From an uncultured Thermoplasmata archaeon (GTDB taxonomy: Archaea > Thermoplasmatota > Thermoplasmata > UBA10834): a DNA stretch of 64,000 nucleotides. Shown piece by piece: positions 17,547 to 27,341 of this stretch. Location: NCBI GenBank assembly GCA_964488505.1, contig CAZAUI010000005.1, positions 17,954 through 81,953 on the forward strand. The letters are read 5' to 3'. Within the stretch, counting starts at the first letter, position 1. Every line of letters starts with the position of its first letter. The position numbers were made by a program, and so were the translations under genes. Below the pieces are notes generated by a model. It did no database searches. It was not told where the DNA came from and saw only the letters and a list, made by a program, of their open reading frames with translations.

Positions 17547-18926
17547 TCAGCCTCTGAGGAGCTCCTCTACCCTCTTCTTGTAGGACTCTGCGATGTCCCG
17601 GGCCTCTTCCGGCGTCTGCGCCTCCGAGAACACCCTGAATATCTGTTCCGTCCCGGACGGCCGCACGAGGACCCAGCTCTTGCCTGAGAATATCTTGACG
17701 CCGTCGGTCGTGTCGACCTTGTCTCCCTTGGCCGAGGCTGCCAGCGTCCTCATGACGTCCTGCTTCCTGTCGTCGGGGCACTTGGTCTTCGTCTTGTACT
17801 GGGCGTACGAAGGTATCTTGTCGAGGAGGTCCGAGAGCCTGCCATGCCTCGCGACTATCTCGAGCACCTTGGCGGCGGACATCGCACCGTCCCTGCAGTA
17901 CTGCAGCTCTGGGAATATGAGCCCACCGTTCTCCTCCCCTCCGAAGACCGCCCCGGAGTCGATCATCGCGCGCGCGACTACAGGGGAGCCGACCATCGTG
18001 TACTGCACCTCTCCCCCGGCCAGTTTCACGGCGTCCTCGACGCACATGGACGACCCGACCGAGGTGACGACCAGGCCGCCCTTCTTGTCCAGGCAGGTAT
18101 GGTGAGCCACCAGCGCCAGGCTCCTGTCGCCGTACATGTACCTCCCCTTGTCGTCCACGAAGATTGTCCTGTCAGCGTCGCCGTCGTGCACGAACCCGAA
18201 GTCGAACCCTCCCGCCCTGACGAGGTCCACGATGTCCTTCGTGTTGTCCGGCGTGGGTTCGCTGTTGTGCCCCGGGAAGGCCCCGTTCGGGTCTGCGTTG
18301 AGTGTCACGTAGCTCACCCCGAGCCTCTCGAGCAACCTCGGCGTCACCACGGACGCGGCCCCGTTGGAGCAGTCCACAGCCACCCTGAGCCTGGCCTTCC
18401 TGATCGCGGAGGCGTCCAGGAGCGCCACTATCCCGTCGATGTACTCCTCGGCCGCGGTGGTGTACGCCCTCGTCCCGCCGATGTCTGACCATCCGGCCCT
18501 GGTGAACTCCTCGCTGTGGTAGAGGGCCTCGATCCTCTCCTCGTTGGACCGGGCCATCTCCGTCCCGTCCGGGTCGATGCATTTGATGCCGTTGAACTCG
18601 GGAGGGTTGTGCGAGGCCGTGATCATGACGCCGCCGGCCACCTCGTTCCTCTTGACGGCGTATTGGAGCGCGGGGGTCGGAAGCATGCCGCAGTCGAGCA
18701 CAGTGCAGCCTGAGGCCATCAGGCCGGCGGAACAGGCGGACCTGAGCATGTCGTTCGAAGTCCGGGCGTCGGTGGCCATCATGACGGTCCCTCTCATGTA
18801 TGTGCCTATCGCGAGGCCCAGGCGCATGGCGAATTCGCAGTCCATCCCCTGGGTGTTCACGACCCCGCGGACGCCGTTCGTCCCGAACAGCCTCGGCGCC
18901 GTCCCTTCGGCCTTTCCCGGCTTCAT
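17547..18926 (-). CDS. glmM: Phosphoglucosamine mutase / phosphohexomutase
   Basis: 459 aa. Active-site loop TASHNPPEFNGIK and metal loop FVHDGDADR. Confidence 0.85.
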   Translation of the reverse strand: MKPGKAEGTAPRLFGTNGVRGVVNTQGMDCEFAMRLGLAIGTYMRGTVMMATDARTSNDMLRSACSAGLMASGCTVLDCGMLPTPALQYAVKRNEVAGGVMITASHNPPEFNGIKCIDPDGTEMARSNEERIEALYHSEEFTRAGWSDIGGTRAYTTAAEEYIDGIVALLDASAIRKARLRVAVDCSNGAASVVTPRLLERLGVSYVTLNADPNGAFPGHNSEPTPDNTKDIVDLVRAGGFDFGFVHDGDADRTIFVDDKGRYMYGDRSLALVAHHTCLDKKGGLVVTSVGSSMCVEDAVKLAGGEVQYTMVGSPVVARAMIDSGAVFGGEENGGLIFPELQYCRDGAMSAAKVLEIVARHGRLSDLLDKIPSYAQYKTKTKCPDDRKQDVMRTLAASAKGDKVDTTDGVKIFSGKSWVLVRPSGTEQIFRVFSEAQTPEEARDIAESYKKRVEELLRG

Positions 18927-19086
18927 CGGCTACTGGTATTCCAGTACCGAATAAAGAAGTTCCGTATCGGGCATGGGGCGCCTCTCCACAGGAAACGCAG
19001 GGTGCGGCTTGACGGAGCGCATCCTCAGTCTCTCCACAAGGATTAATACCCGCTCAGATTATGACTGGCTGCGGGGGACGCACCCA

Positions 19087-19716
19087 ATGGGTTTCAAGGA
19101 ATGGATCATTCCTCAGGAGAAGCACTTCTTCGCGATGCTGGACCAGCAGGCGGACGTCGTCCTCGAAGGCGCCGAGGCCCTGCTCGACATGGTGAAGGAT
19201 TATACGAACGTCGCCGAGAAGCGGGACAGGATCAAGGAGATCGAGCACAAGGGCGACGACCTCGTCCATACTATCGCCGAGGAGCTGAACAAGACCTTCG
19301 TCACCCCGATCGACCACGACGACATGTCGAGATTGACTTCCAGGCTGGATGATGTGTTGGACTACATCGAGGCCGCCGCCCATCGTATGTGGGCCTATCA
19401 GGTGGAGAGCGTTCCCCCTGAGATGGTCAACCTCACGGAGGTGGTCCTTGGGTCCGTGAAGGAGGTCAACCATGCCGTCAAGGACCTCAGGAACTTCAAG
19501 CGGAGGAACGAGATCCTCCAGCATTGCATCGAGATAAACCGATGGGAGAACGTCGGGGACGACATCACGCACGAGGCCGTCGCGAACCTCTTCAAGGGGA
19601 ATGATGTGGTCGAGCTCATCAAGCTGAAGGAAATATACGAGCATCTCGAGATGGCCACTGACAAGTGCGAAGACGTCGCCGATGTCATCAAGGACATATT
19701 CATCAAGAACTCGTAG
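19087..19716 (+). CDS. DUF47 (PhoU-like) protein associated with the Pit transporter
   Basis: Helical protein immediately upstream of a PiT gene, which is the standard pairing. Trimmed to the ATG at 19087 (MGFKEWIIPQEKHFFAML...). Confidence 0.85.
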   Translation: MGFKEWIIPQEKHFFAMLDQQADVVLEGAEALLDMVKDYTNVAEKRDRIKEIEHKGDDLVHTIAEELNKTFVTPIDHDDMSRLTSRLDDVLDYIEAAAHRMWAYQVESVPPEMVNLTEVVLGSVKEVNHAVKDLRNFKRRNEILQHCIEINRWENVGDDITHEAVANLFKGNDVVELIKLKEIYEHLEMATDKCEDVADVIKDIFIKNS

Positions 19717-20748
19717 GTGGGGACGATGGACCTTTTCGGCTTGTCGGCGCTCGCTGCTGTCACAATAATCGTGACCCTCGGGTTCGATTTCGTCAACGGG
19801 TTCCACGATTCTGCCAATTCGATTGCCACCGTCGTCGCCACGAAGGTCCTGTCTCCGGTCGCGGCGGTTTCCATGGCGGCCGTGTTCAACTTCGCGGGGA
19901 TAATCGTCGGGCAGGAGGTCGCCAAGACCGTCGGTAAGGGAATCATCGACACGGCCCTCGTATGGGAGTACGGTGTCCTCCTCGTGTTCTGCGCCGTAAT
20001 GGGGGCAATCATCTGGGACCTAATCACATGGTGGTTCGGCATCCCTACATCGAGCAGCCACGCACTCGTCGGCGGCCTCGTTGGTGCTGGCGGGGCGGTG
20101 GCGTTCCTTGACGCCGTCGTATGGTCAGGCACGCTGAAGACAGTGGCGTTCATCGTCATATCGCCCATCGCTGGACTCATCGCCGCCTTCGTGCTGACCA
20201 TACTCGTGATGAGACTAGCACGCAGGGTGTCGAAGGCGATAGTGAACCGGTGGTTCAGGAAACTCCAGCTGGCTTCCTCCGCTTTCTACTCGTTCACTCA
20301 CGGCACAAACGATGCCCAGAAGGGGATGGGCGTGATTACACTCGTCCTCCTGATGGAGCAGGGCGCTTCGCCCTCGTCGGAGTTCATCGTCCCGCTGTGG
20401 GTCATGGTTGCGTGCCACGCTGCGATATCGTTCGGGACGTTCTTCGGAGGCTGGAGGATTGTCCGCACGATGGCGTCTCGAATAACCAGGCTGGACCCGT
20501 ATCAGGGGTTCTGCGCCGAGACGGGTGCGTCCATAATGCTGTTCACCACTGCGAGGTTCGGCATACCGGTCAGCACAACCCACACCATATCCGGTGCGAT
20601 CATGGGTGTCGGAGCCACAAGGAGACTGTCCGCCGTCAGGTGGGGCGTCGGCCGAAAGCTAGTCATCGCGTGGATCCTGACCATTCCGGCGTCAGCCACC
20701 ATCGCAGGCGCCATGTTCCTGACCATGTTGTGGCTCGGAGTCGGCTGA
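19717..20748 (+). CDS. pit: Inorganic phosphate transporter, PiT family
   Basis: Duplicated PiT signatures NGFHDSANSIATVV and THGTNDAQKGMG; multi-TM. GTG at 19717 or ATG at 19726. Confidence 0.9.
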   Translation: MGTMDLFGLSALAAVTIIVTLGFDFVNGFHDSANSIATVVATKVLSPVAAVSMAAVFNFAGIIVGQEVAKTVGKGIIDTALVWEYGVLLVFCAVMGAIIWDLITWWFGIPTSSSHALVGGLVGAGGAVAFLDAVVWSGTLKTVAFIVISPIAGLIAAFVLTILVMRLARRVSKAIVNRWFRKLQLASSAFYSFTHGTNDAQKGMGVITLVLLMEQGASPSSEFIVPLWVMVACHAAISFGTFFGGWRIVRTMASRITRLDPYQGFCAETGASIMLFTTARFGIPVSTTHTISGAIMGVGATRRLSAVRWGVGRKLVIAWILTIPASATIAGAMFLTMLWLGVG

Positions 20749-20767
20749 ACGCCCCCTCCTCAGGGGC

Positions 20768-21745
20768 CTACTCCTCGGAGCGGGCGGTGCTGAGTATCTC
20801 GCCTTTCAGGACGCTTCCGTCCGGCACCGTGAACCCCGCATCCAGGATGCAGTCCTTGATCACGCACTTGGTGCCCACCCTGACATCATCATAGAGGACC
20901 GAGCCGACCACTTGCGACATCGGTCCCACCACGACCCTCTTGGAGAGGTAGGTCCTGGGTCCGACCGTCGCGCCCGCGATGACGACCTCATCCTCGAGGA
21001 CAACGGGATGTCGGATGACGGCCCCCGTCGAAACGCTGAGCTCGGACATCCTCGACTCCTCGGGCATCAGAGAGCTGAAGGCGTTCAGGACGTTCTCCCT
21101 CGTGCCGCAATCTATCCAATGCCCTTCGAACTGGAAGCCGTACATCCCCTTGTCCAGGAGCTTGGGGAACACCTCCCGCTCCATGGAGACGAAGCCGTCC
21201 CCGATGTGATCGAGCACTTCGCGCTCGAGCGCGTACGCCCCCGCGTTGATGAGGTTGGAGAACGCCTCCTCCCTCTTCGGCTTCTCCTGGAACCGTGTGA
21301 TCCTCGATTCCCCGTCCAGCTGTGCCACGCCGAACGGGGACGGGTCCTCGACGGGCCAGAGCGAGATGGAGGCTATGCCGCCCTTGCTTCTGTGGAACCT
21401 GAGGAAGGACGCCACGTCGAGCGATGTGATGACATCGCCGTTGATGACCAGGAACTGCCCGTCTATGCGGTCCTCCACGTTCTTGACCGCGCCCCCCGTG
21501 CCCAGCGGTTCAGGCTCGTCCACGAGCGTAATCCTCCTCCCGGGCGGGTGGGACTTCAGGTAATCCTCCATGACTTCCCTCTTGTAGCTCACGGGAATGA
21601 TGACCTCGTCCACCTCGTTCGGTATCGAGTCGATGACGTGCATGATGAGGGGTTTGCCCATGACCGGCAGGAGCGGCTTCGGTATCCTGTACGTCAGCGG
21701 CCTGAGCCTCGTGCCCATGCCTCCGACCAGCAGAACGGCTTTCAT
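20768..21745 (-). CDS. Sugar-1-phosphate nucleotidyltransferase with a C-terminal left-handed beta-helix
   Basis: LLVGGMGTRLRPLTYRIPKPLLPV (GxGTRxxPLT) and EPLGTGGAV, with a hexapeptide-like C-terminus. Confidence 0.85.
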   Translation of the reverse strand: MKAVLLVGGMGTRLRPLTYRIPKPLLPVMGKPLIMHVIDSIPNEVDEVIIPVSYKREVMEDYLKSHPPGRRITLVDEPEPLGTGGAVKNVEDRIDGQFLVINGDVITSLDVASFLRFHRSKGGIASISLWPVEDPSPFGVAQLDGESRITRFQEKPKREEAFSNLINAGAYALEREVLDHIGDGFVSMEREVFPKLLDKGMYGFQFEGHWIDCGTRENVLNAFSSLMPEESRMSELSVSTGAVIRHPVVLEDEVVIAGATVGPRTYLSKRVVVGPMSQVVGSVLYDDVRVGTKCVIKDCILDAGFTVPDGSVLKGEILSTARSEE

Positions 21746-21838
21746 CGAGCCCGAGGAACGCCTTAGCCGTATAAAACCACCATGCGTCCGCGGCGCTCGC
21801 GCTGGTGCGTGTGCGTGCGCAGAAAGGCCGGCGGGCGC

Positions 21839-22054
21839 CTACTTCGGCGTGATGCTGACCACGTTGTTGCCGCGGAGAATGACCGTGCCGAGCCTCTTGA
21901 CCTGGTCGCCGTTCGTCTCCTCGGTGTCGTCGAGGACCATGTTCAGGTAGTCGTCGAACCCAGAGAGAGTGCCCTCGAGGACCCTGCTGTCCTTGAGCAG
22001 GAGCGAGACCTTCTTGTTCATCGATTTCTCAAGCAAACTGAGAGGCATGACCAT
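21839..22054 (-). CDS. Sm-like (LSm) archaeal protein
   Basis: 71 aa. Sm1 motif LKDSRVLEGTLSGFDDYLNMVLDD and Sm2 motif TVILRGNNVVSI. Confidence 0.9.
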   Translation of the reverse strand: MVMPLSLLEKSMNKKVSLLLKDSRVLEGTLSGFDDYLNMVLDDTEETNGDQVKRLGTVILRGNNVVSITPK

Positions 22055-22141
22055 TCTTAATCACTTGAACTCGTCAATGCGCCCTCCTCTCATAAACCTT
22101 TGCGTGAGGGCCAGGCCGGGAGGCGGTGCCAGACGGGCACA

Positions 22142-22660
22142 TCAGGCCTTCTTGTGGGGGTTCTTCTTCGACAGCTCCCCCTCGAGCCATGCCTTGACCT
22201 CCGCGCGCGAGCGCGCGTCTATGCCGAAGGTCTCGATGAACTTCTTGGTGGTCGTGAGCTCGAAGCTGTTCTTCCTGGGCCTTGTCCGCACCAGGCCGAG
22301 CTCCTCGAGCGTCTTCACATGCTCGTACACCTTGTTGCCTATGAGGTCGAAGAGCTTGCTCTGCAGCACTGGCTGATAATATGCTATGAGGGATGCGGAC
22401 TTGAGCACGTCCTTCGGTATCTCCATCGCTGAGAGCTTCCAGGCGTAGTCCCTGTAGTCCTTCTTGACCTGCATCGCGTACCTGGGCCCCATCTTCGCGA
22501 TCTCGATCGCCCTGTCGGAGCCGTTGTACTCCTCCGAGAGCCTGTCGAGCGCGGACCTGACGGTCCTCGCGTCGAGCCCGGATATCTGGGACAGCTCGGT
22601 GACAGTCACTGGTTTCGCCGCGGAGAAAAGCTCCGCCTCTATGACCCTTTCGCTCTTCAC
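22142..22660 (-). CDS. scpB: Segregation and condensation protein B
   Basis: 172-aa tail of track ORF 22142..23674, starting at a GTG (22660) that overlaps the scpA stop (GTGA). Winged-helix-like IEAELFSAAKPVTVTELSQISGLD... Confidence 0.85.
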   Translation of the reverse strand: MKSERVIEAELFSAAKPVTVTELSQISGLDARTVRSALDRLSEEYNGSDRAIEIAKMGPRYAMQVKKDYRDYAWKLSAMEIPKDVLKSASLIAYYQPVLQSKLFDLIGNKVYEHVKTLEELGLVRTRPRKNSFELTTTKKFIETFGIDARSRAEVKAWLEGELSKKNPHKKA

Positions 22661-23595
22661 TTGACCACCGGCACGTTCTGAACCTGCACTGTCGCCAGCG
22701 CGGATGCGTCCTCGAGCTGCGCTATGTCCCACGCGACCTTCGCCTCGACGAATATCGTCCCGAAGGGCACCTTCTCCTGCCAGACGGACACCTTGCCCAT
22801 CTTGGCCAGGAACAGGGCGGCCACGAACACCGTCACCCTGTCCTCTTTGCCCGAGGTGTACAGGTCGCCGATGGCTATGGGGCCGTTCCCGCACCTCTGC
22901 AGCCTCTCCCAGACCTCGGCTATGTCGTCCTCGAGGCTGTCCTTGTGGGCCTTGTCGTCGAAGTCTGGCCTCTTGTACTTCTGCATGAACCTGGCGAGCT
23001 CCTTGCGTATGTCGCTCTCCCTCTTCGCCTCGTCGAAGGCGTCCAGGAGGTCGATGAGCGTCACCGGCCGGTCGGTCTTCCTGCGGACCTTCTCGTCTAT
23101 TGGAAGCTCCTCCGTGTACAGGAGCGCCTCGCCCGCGCCCAGCTCGAACGGGTCCACGAACTGGTCGAAGCCCTCGGGGTCCCAGCCGTCGAACATTACC
23201 TCGACCGTCTCCGGCCTCTCCGCCCTCTTCAGGGCCTGCTCGCTCTGGAGGCGCAGTATCTCCCAGGCCATGTAGACGATCTTGCCGGCGATGATGAGAT
23301 TTACCTCCTCCACCTTCCGAATCCTGGCCAGGTACAGCTTCGAGAACTCGATCAGGTTGATGTCCCACGGGTCGAACCTCTGCTGCACCACGAGTTCGAA
23401 CACCAGGGCGACGCTCCTCTCGAAGGGGTCCTCCGACGGCATCAGGGTTCCTCTCTGGATGTCCTCCACGGTCCTCACATAGGATTCTAGCCTCGCCTCG
23501 CGGTCGTCCGCCGGAGCATCGTCTATGAGCGATTTCTGGAACATGAGGTGCTCCATCACCTGGGCGCAGTCCATCTCGGATGCCATCATGGTCAT
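22657..23595 (-). CDS. scpA: Segregation and condensation protein A (kleisin)
   Basis: 312 aa, located between smc and scpB with 4-nt overlaps on both sides. Confidence 0.85.
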   Translation of the reverse strand: MTMMASEMDCAQVMEHLMFQKSLIDDAPADDREARLESYVRTVEDIQRGTLMPSEDPFERSVALVFELVVQQRFDPWDINLIEFSKLYLARIRKVEEVNLIIAGKIVYMAWEILRLQSEQALKRAERPETVEVMFDGWDPEGFDQFVDPFELGAGEALLYTEELPIDEKVRRKTDRPVTLIDLLDAFDEAKRESDIRKELARFMQKYKRPDFDDKAHKDSLEDDIAEVWERLQRCGNGPIAIGDLYTSGKEDRVTVFVAALFLAKMGKVSVWQEKVPFGTIFVEAKVAWDIAQLEDASALATVQVQNVPVVK

Positions 23596-26500
23596 GCAGC
23601 CTCCTGTGCGCGCGGCTGGTCGTCCTCTGCCGGCAGCTCCGCGCCCTCGCCGATGTTCGGCTTGAACACCACATCCGACATCCCCTCGCGCTGCATGGTG
23701 ACGCCTATGATGTGGTCCGACTCCTTCAGCGTGACCTTCCTGAGGGAGATCTGCAGGAACTGCGCGTTCTTCGAACCCCTCTTCACGGCCCTCGCGACGT
23801 TCTCGGCGTTCACGCCGTCCAGGAACATGTCGACCTCGTCCAGGAGGTAGAACGGCGACGGCTCGTGGGCCTGTATCGCGAATATGAACGACAGCGCCGT
23901 CAGGCTCTTCTCGCCTCCGGACAGCGCCTCCATGCGCACGACCTTCTTGTCCTTCGGCCTCGCCTTGATGATGAGGCCGCCGGAGAGCGGGTCCTCGTCG
24001 TTCTCGAGGAGCAGCTCCGCGTCGCCGCCGTTCGATAGCTCGGCGAAGGTCTTCTTGAAGTTGTCGTTGATGCCTCCGAATATCCTGTTGAACCCGACCT
24101 TCTTCTTGTCATTGAGCTCGGCGACGAGCTTGGCGAGGTTCGATTTCTGTTTGTCGAGCTGGCTCATCTCCTCCTTCATCCCGTCGTGCCTCGCCTTCCT
24201 CTCGTCGAACTCGTCTATGGCCTTCAGGTTCACGGCTCCCAGGGACGACACCTTGCGCTCGCACTCGGCCGCCGTGGCCCTCAGGTCCTCCGCCGACGGC
24301 AGCTCGGCCGGCAGCTGGACGGAACTGTACTGAGCCAGGTCGGCCTCCGCCTCCTGGAACCGCTTCTCGGCCTCGCCGATCTTGGTCGCGAGGCTCAGTA
24401 CGATGTCAGAGTTCGTCTGTATCTTGCTCGTGAGCTTCTCGACGCCCGCCTCGGCCTCCGTCTTCTTCTTGTAGAGGGAGTCCCGCTTGGTCCTGAGTGA
24501 GTTGAGCTTGTCGCCCATGTTGCGCTCCATGTTCTGGAGCGCCTTCAGCTCGGTGTCCTGCTCTTCGTGCCTGGACAGGCTCTCCTTCGCCTTCGCCTTC
24601 TGCTCCGCGATCTTGGCGACCGTCGACTCCACCCCGGAGACCAGCTCGTCCCTGCGGGCGGACACCAGCTCGATCTGCTTCGTGATCGTCTGCATGTCGG
24701 AGCTGAGGGCGGACACCTCGCCCGACAGCTCGAATATGTCCGCTTCGAGCTTCTTCAGCTTCTGCGAGAGCTCGTGGGGCGTGGCCGCGAGGAGCTTCTT
24801 GTCCAGGGCCTCCTTCTTCTTCTTGACCTTCTCGGTCTCGTCCTCGAACCTGGCGACGTCCTCCTTCACCTTCTCGATCAGTCCGAGCGTCTCCGTGAGC
24901 TCCGAGTTCTTCGCCTCGAGCTCGGCGGCCAAGGATGCGACCTTCTGGTCGAACTCCTTCTTCTTGGCCTCGAGCGAGCCGATCCTCGCGCTCTCGCCGG
25001 AGTCCTTGGTGTTGGAGTCCCTTATCTGTCCCTCCAGTTCCCCGAGCCTGATCTTGATCTCCCCGAGCTCCGCCTGAGTCTTCTCCGACTCTTCGACCGC
25101 GGTCCTGAGCTCCGAGGCCTTCTTCTCGATCCTGCTCTCGGAGGGCGCGCCGAACTTGAGGAGGTTCTTGTCCAGGGTCCCGCCGACCATGGCGCCGCTC
25201 GCCTCCGCCAGCTCCCCCTCGAGTGTGACCAGCCTGACGCCGCCCATGTGCTTCCTGGCCTCGGCCAGGTTCTTCACGACGACGGTGTCGCCGAACACGA
25301 ACCAGAACGCGGACTTGTACTCCTCCCTGAACTTGACGAGGTCTATCGCGAAGCCTATCGAGGAGTTGGCCGCCATGATGGCCTTGCCCCTCGGCCTCCC
25401 GTCCAGCATCTTGTTGAGAGGAAGGAAGGTCGCCCTGCCGAGCTTGTTCTTCTTCAGGTGGTCGATGCACTTCGCCGCGACCTCGTCGTTGTCCACGACG
25501 ATCGACTGCATCCTCGGCCCGGCTGCCACATTGAGCGCGACCTCGTACTCGTCGTCCACGTCCGCGAGCTCGGTCACGGTCCCGTGGATGCCCTTGATGA
25601 CGCCCCTGTCCCTGAGCTCGAGCAGGTTCGTGGTCGCGGTGTTGTAGCCCTTCTTGACGAGGCTCGCCGCCTCGGCCTCAGCCTTCATCTGGTTGTACTC
25701 CCTCGTGAGGCTCTTGACCGCGTTGTCGAGGTCCTGCTCCTGCTGGAGCAGTCTCTTCTCCTTGTTCCTGAGGGCGTAGTATTCGTCCTGGAGCTTCTTC
25801 AGGTCCTTCGTGGAGGCCGAGGTCTCGCTCTTGAGCTCCTTGAGCGACCAGTCGGCGTCCTTGAGCTCGAACTCGTAGGTCTTCCTCGTCTCCTCGAGGT
25901 TCGCGATGTCGACCTTGAGCCTGGACTCGCGGTCCGCGAGCCTGTCCATCTCGAGCCTGAGAGCGTGGAGCTTCTCCTCCTTCGTGGTGACTGTGACTGC
26001 GAGCTCCAGGGCGCCCTTCTGGATGTTGCTGAGCTCGGAATCGGACTTCGAGACCGCGTCCTGGTGCGAGGACAGCTCGGTCCTGCGCTCCTCGAGCACC
26101 TTCGCCTTCGTCTCGTGGTCCTTCTTGATCGGCGCGAGCTTCTCCTCGAGCGCCGCGAGGTCCTTCTGGACCGCCTTGAGGTCCTCGCCTTGGGCCTTCT
26201 TGACCTCCGCCAGGGACCCGGCCATCTCATCAGCGTTGTCGGCGGCGTCCTTCGCCCTCGCGATCTCTATCCTGAGGTTGTCGATCTTCTCCTTGATCTC
26301 CCTGGCCTCTTCGCCGCCCCGCTCCGCTATCTCGTTCTCGGCGGCCGTGAGCTCCTCGGAGATACCCTTGAGCTGCTCGTCCAGGTCCGTCTTCTTGGCC
26401 TCGGCGGCCTCCCTCTCGGCTTCGAGCTTCTGGGTCTGTTCCCTGAGCGCGGCGATGTCCCTGTCCACGGCGTCCCTGTGCTTGCACGCCAGGGCCGCCT

Positions 26501-27191
26501 TGGCGAAGCTGAGCCGGTCGTAGACCTCCTTGTACCTCATCGCGCCCTCGCGGTCCTTCTCCAGCTGCCTCATCTGCTTCTTGACCTCGTCGAGGATGAT
26601 CGCGAGCCTGTTGATGTTGTCCTCCGCGGCCAGCTTCTCCTTCTCGGCGTTCGCGATGTCCGCGTCGAACTTGGTTATGCCTGCGATGTCGTCGAGTATG
26701 CGCCTTCTCTCGAGGTTGCTCATCTCGACTATGCGGGTGATGTCCCCCTGCTGGACGAAGTTGTAGCCGTCGGCGCTTATCCTGGCGTTGGCCAGCAGGT
26801 TGTCGAACTCCCCCAGGGAGGACTTGCGGTCGTTCACGTAGAAGTAGGAGTAGTATCCCTCGGCCGAGTCAGATAGCCTGACGACCCTCGTCAGCTTGAC
26901 CGTGTCCGAGTCTATCGGTATCAGCCGGTCCTCGTTCGAGAATATGAGGCTGACCTTGCACTCCGACGCCGGCCTCTTCTCCTTCCCGCCGTTGAATATG
27001 AGGTCAGTCAACTTGCCCGCCCTGATGACGCGGGAGCTCTTCGGCCCCAGGACGAACAGGATGGCATCGGCCACGTTGGACTTGCCGGCCCCGTTCGGGC
27101 CCGTGATGGACGTGTACCCCTCGAGGAGCGGTATGCGCGTCTTGCGTGCGAACGACTTGAAGTTCTCCAGTTCTATCTCCCTTAGGTGCAT
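23592..27191 (-). CDS. smc: Chromosome partition protein SMC
   Basis: MHLREIELENFKSF...GPNGAGKSN (Walker A), long coiled coils, a hinge, LSGGEKSL (signature) and FYLLDEVD (Walker B). Trimmed from the track start at 27272 to the ATG at 27191. Confidence 0.95.
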   Translation of the reverse strand: MHLREIELENFKSFARKTRIPLLEGYTSITGPNGAGKSNVADAILFVLGPKSSRVIRAGKLTDLIFNGGKEKRPASECKVSLIFSNEDRLIPIDSDTVKLTRVVRLSDSAEGYYSYFYVNDRKSSLGEFDNLLANARISADGYNFVQQGDITRIVEMSNLERRRILDDIAGITKFDADIANAEKEKLAAEDNINRLAIILDEVKKQMRQLEKDREGAMRYKEVYDRLSFAKAALACKHRDAVDRDIAALREQTQKLEAEREAAEAKKTDLDEQLKGISEELTAAENEIAERGGEEAREIKEKIDNLRIEIARAKDAADNADEMAGSLAEVKKAQGEDLKAVQKDLAALEEKLAPIKKDHETKAKVLEERRTELSSHQDAVSKSDSELSNIQKGALELAVTVTTKEEKLHALRLEMDRLADRESRLKVDIANLEETRKTYEFELKDADWSLKELKSETSASTKDLKKLQDEYYALRNKEKRLLQQEQDLDNAVKSLTREYNQMKAEAEAASLVKKGYNTATTNLLELRDRGVIKGIHGTVTELADVDDEYEVALNVAAGPRMQSIVVDNDEVAAKCIDHLKKNKLGRATFLPLNKMLDGRPRGKAIMAANSSIGFAIDLVKFREEYKSAFWFVFGDTVVVKNLAEARKHMGGVRLVTLEGELAEASGAMVGGTLDKNLLKFGAPSESRIEKKASELRTAVEESEKTQAELGEIKIRLGELEGQIRDSNTKDSGESARIGSLEAKKKEFDQKVASLAAELEAKNSELTETLGLIEKVKEDVARFEDETEKVKKKKEALDKKLLAATPHELSQKLKKLEADIFELSGEVSALSSDMQTITKQIELVSARRDELVSGVESTVAKIAEQKAKAKESLSRHEEQDTELKALQNMERNMGDKLNSLRTKRDSLYKKKTEAEAGVEKLTSKIQTNSDIVLSLATKIGEAEKRFQEAEADLAQYSSVQLPAELPSAEDLRATAAECERKVSSLGAVNLKAIDEFDERKARHDGMKEEMSQLDKQKSNLAKLVAELNDKKKVGFNRIFGGINDNFKKTFAELSNGGDAELLLENDEDPLSGGLIIKARPKDKKVVRMEALSGGEKSLTALSFIFAIQAHEPSPFYLLDEVDMFLDGVNAENVARAVKRGSKNAQFLQISLRKVTLKESDHIIGVTMQREGMSDVVFKPNIGEGAELPAEDDQPRAQEAA

Positions 27192-27341
27192 CCTGACCGA
27201 CTCCGATCGGGAAGCGAGAACAGCGTCTGCGCGGAGGCTATAGCAAGCTCTGTTCTCTGCATCCCATCCCATTGAGTCCGACAGATGTCGGACGGGGAAT
27301 AAAATGGGTTCGAAGGTATTTAATGATTTCCGCCAGTCGGG

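Noticed and set aside
21746-21838. Expected L37e gene downstream of the Sm gene (a common archaeal Sm-L37e pair).
   Set aside because: The 93-nt spacer has no ORF. It contains only the TATA-like GGTTTTATACGG for the nucleotidyltransferase gene, so L37e must be elsewhere.
24567-26876. Very long ORFs antisense to or overlapping recognised genes. Examples: 24567..26876(+) opposite smc, 5366..7105(-), 8994..10766(-), 38497..40077(-), 49797..51569(-), 60547..62499(-), and the upstream 338 codons of 22142..23674(-).
   Set aside because: These are typical shadow ORFs of a GC-rich genome. Their translations are monotonous R/G/P/H/L/D-rich strings without motifs. Each is fully covered by a gene with unmistakable family signatures in another frame or on the other strand.
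27192-27272. 27-codon N-terminal extension of SMC given by the ORF track (MGWDAENRACYSLRADAVLASRSESVR).
   Set aside because: SMC proteins begin directly with the M-x-[IL]-x-x-[IL]-E-L-x-x-F-K-S-F strand that precedes Walker A, and MHLREIELENFKSF at 27191 fits this. The extension has no SMC-like sequence. It remains a formal alternative because an AT-rich box lies at about 27320-27330.
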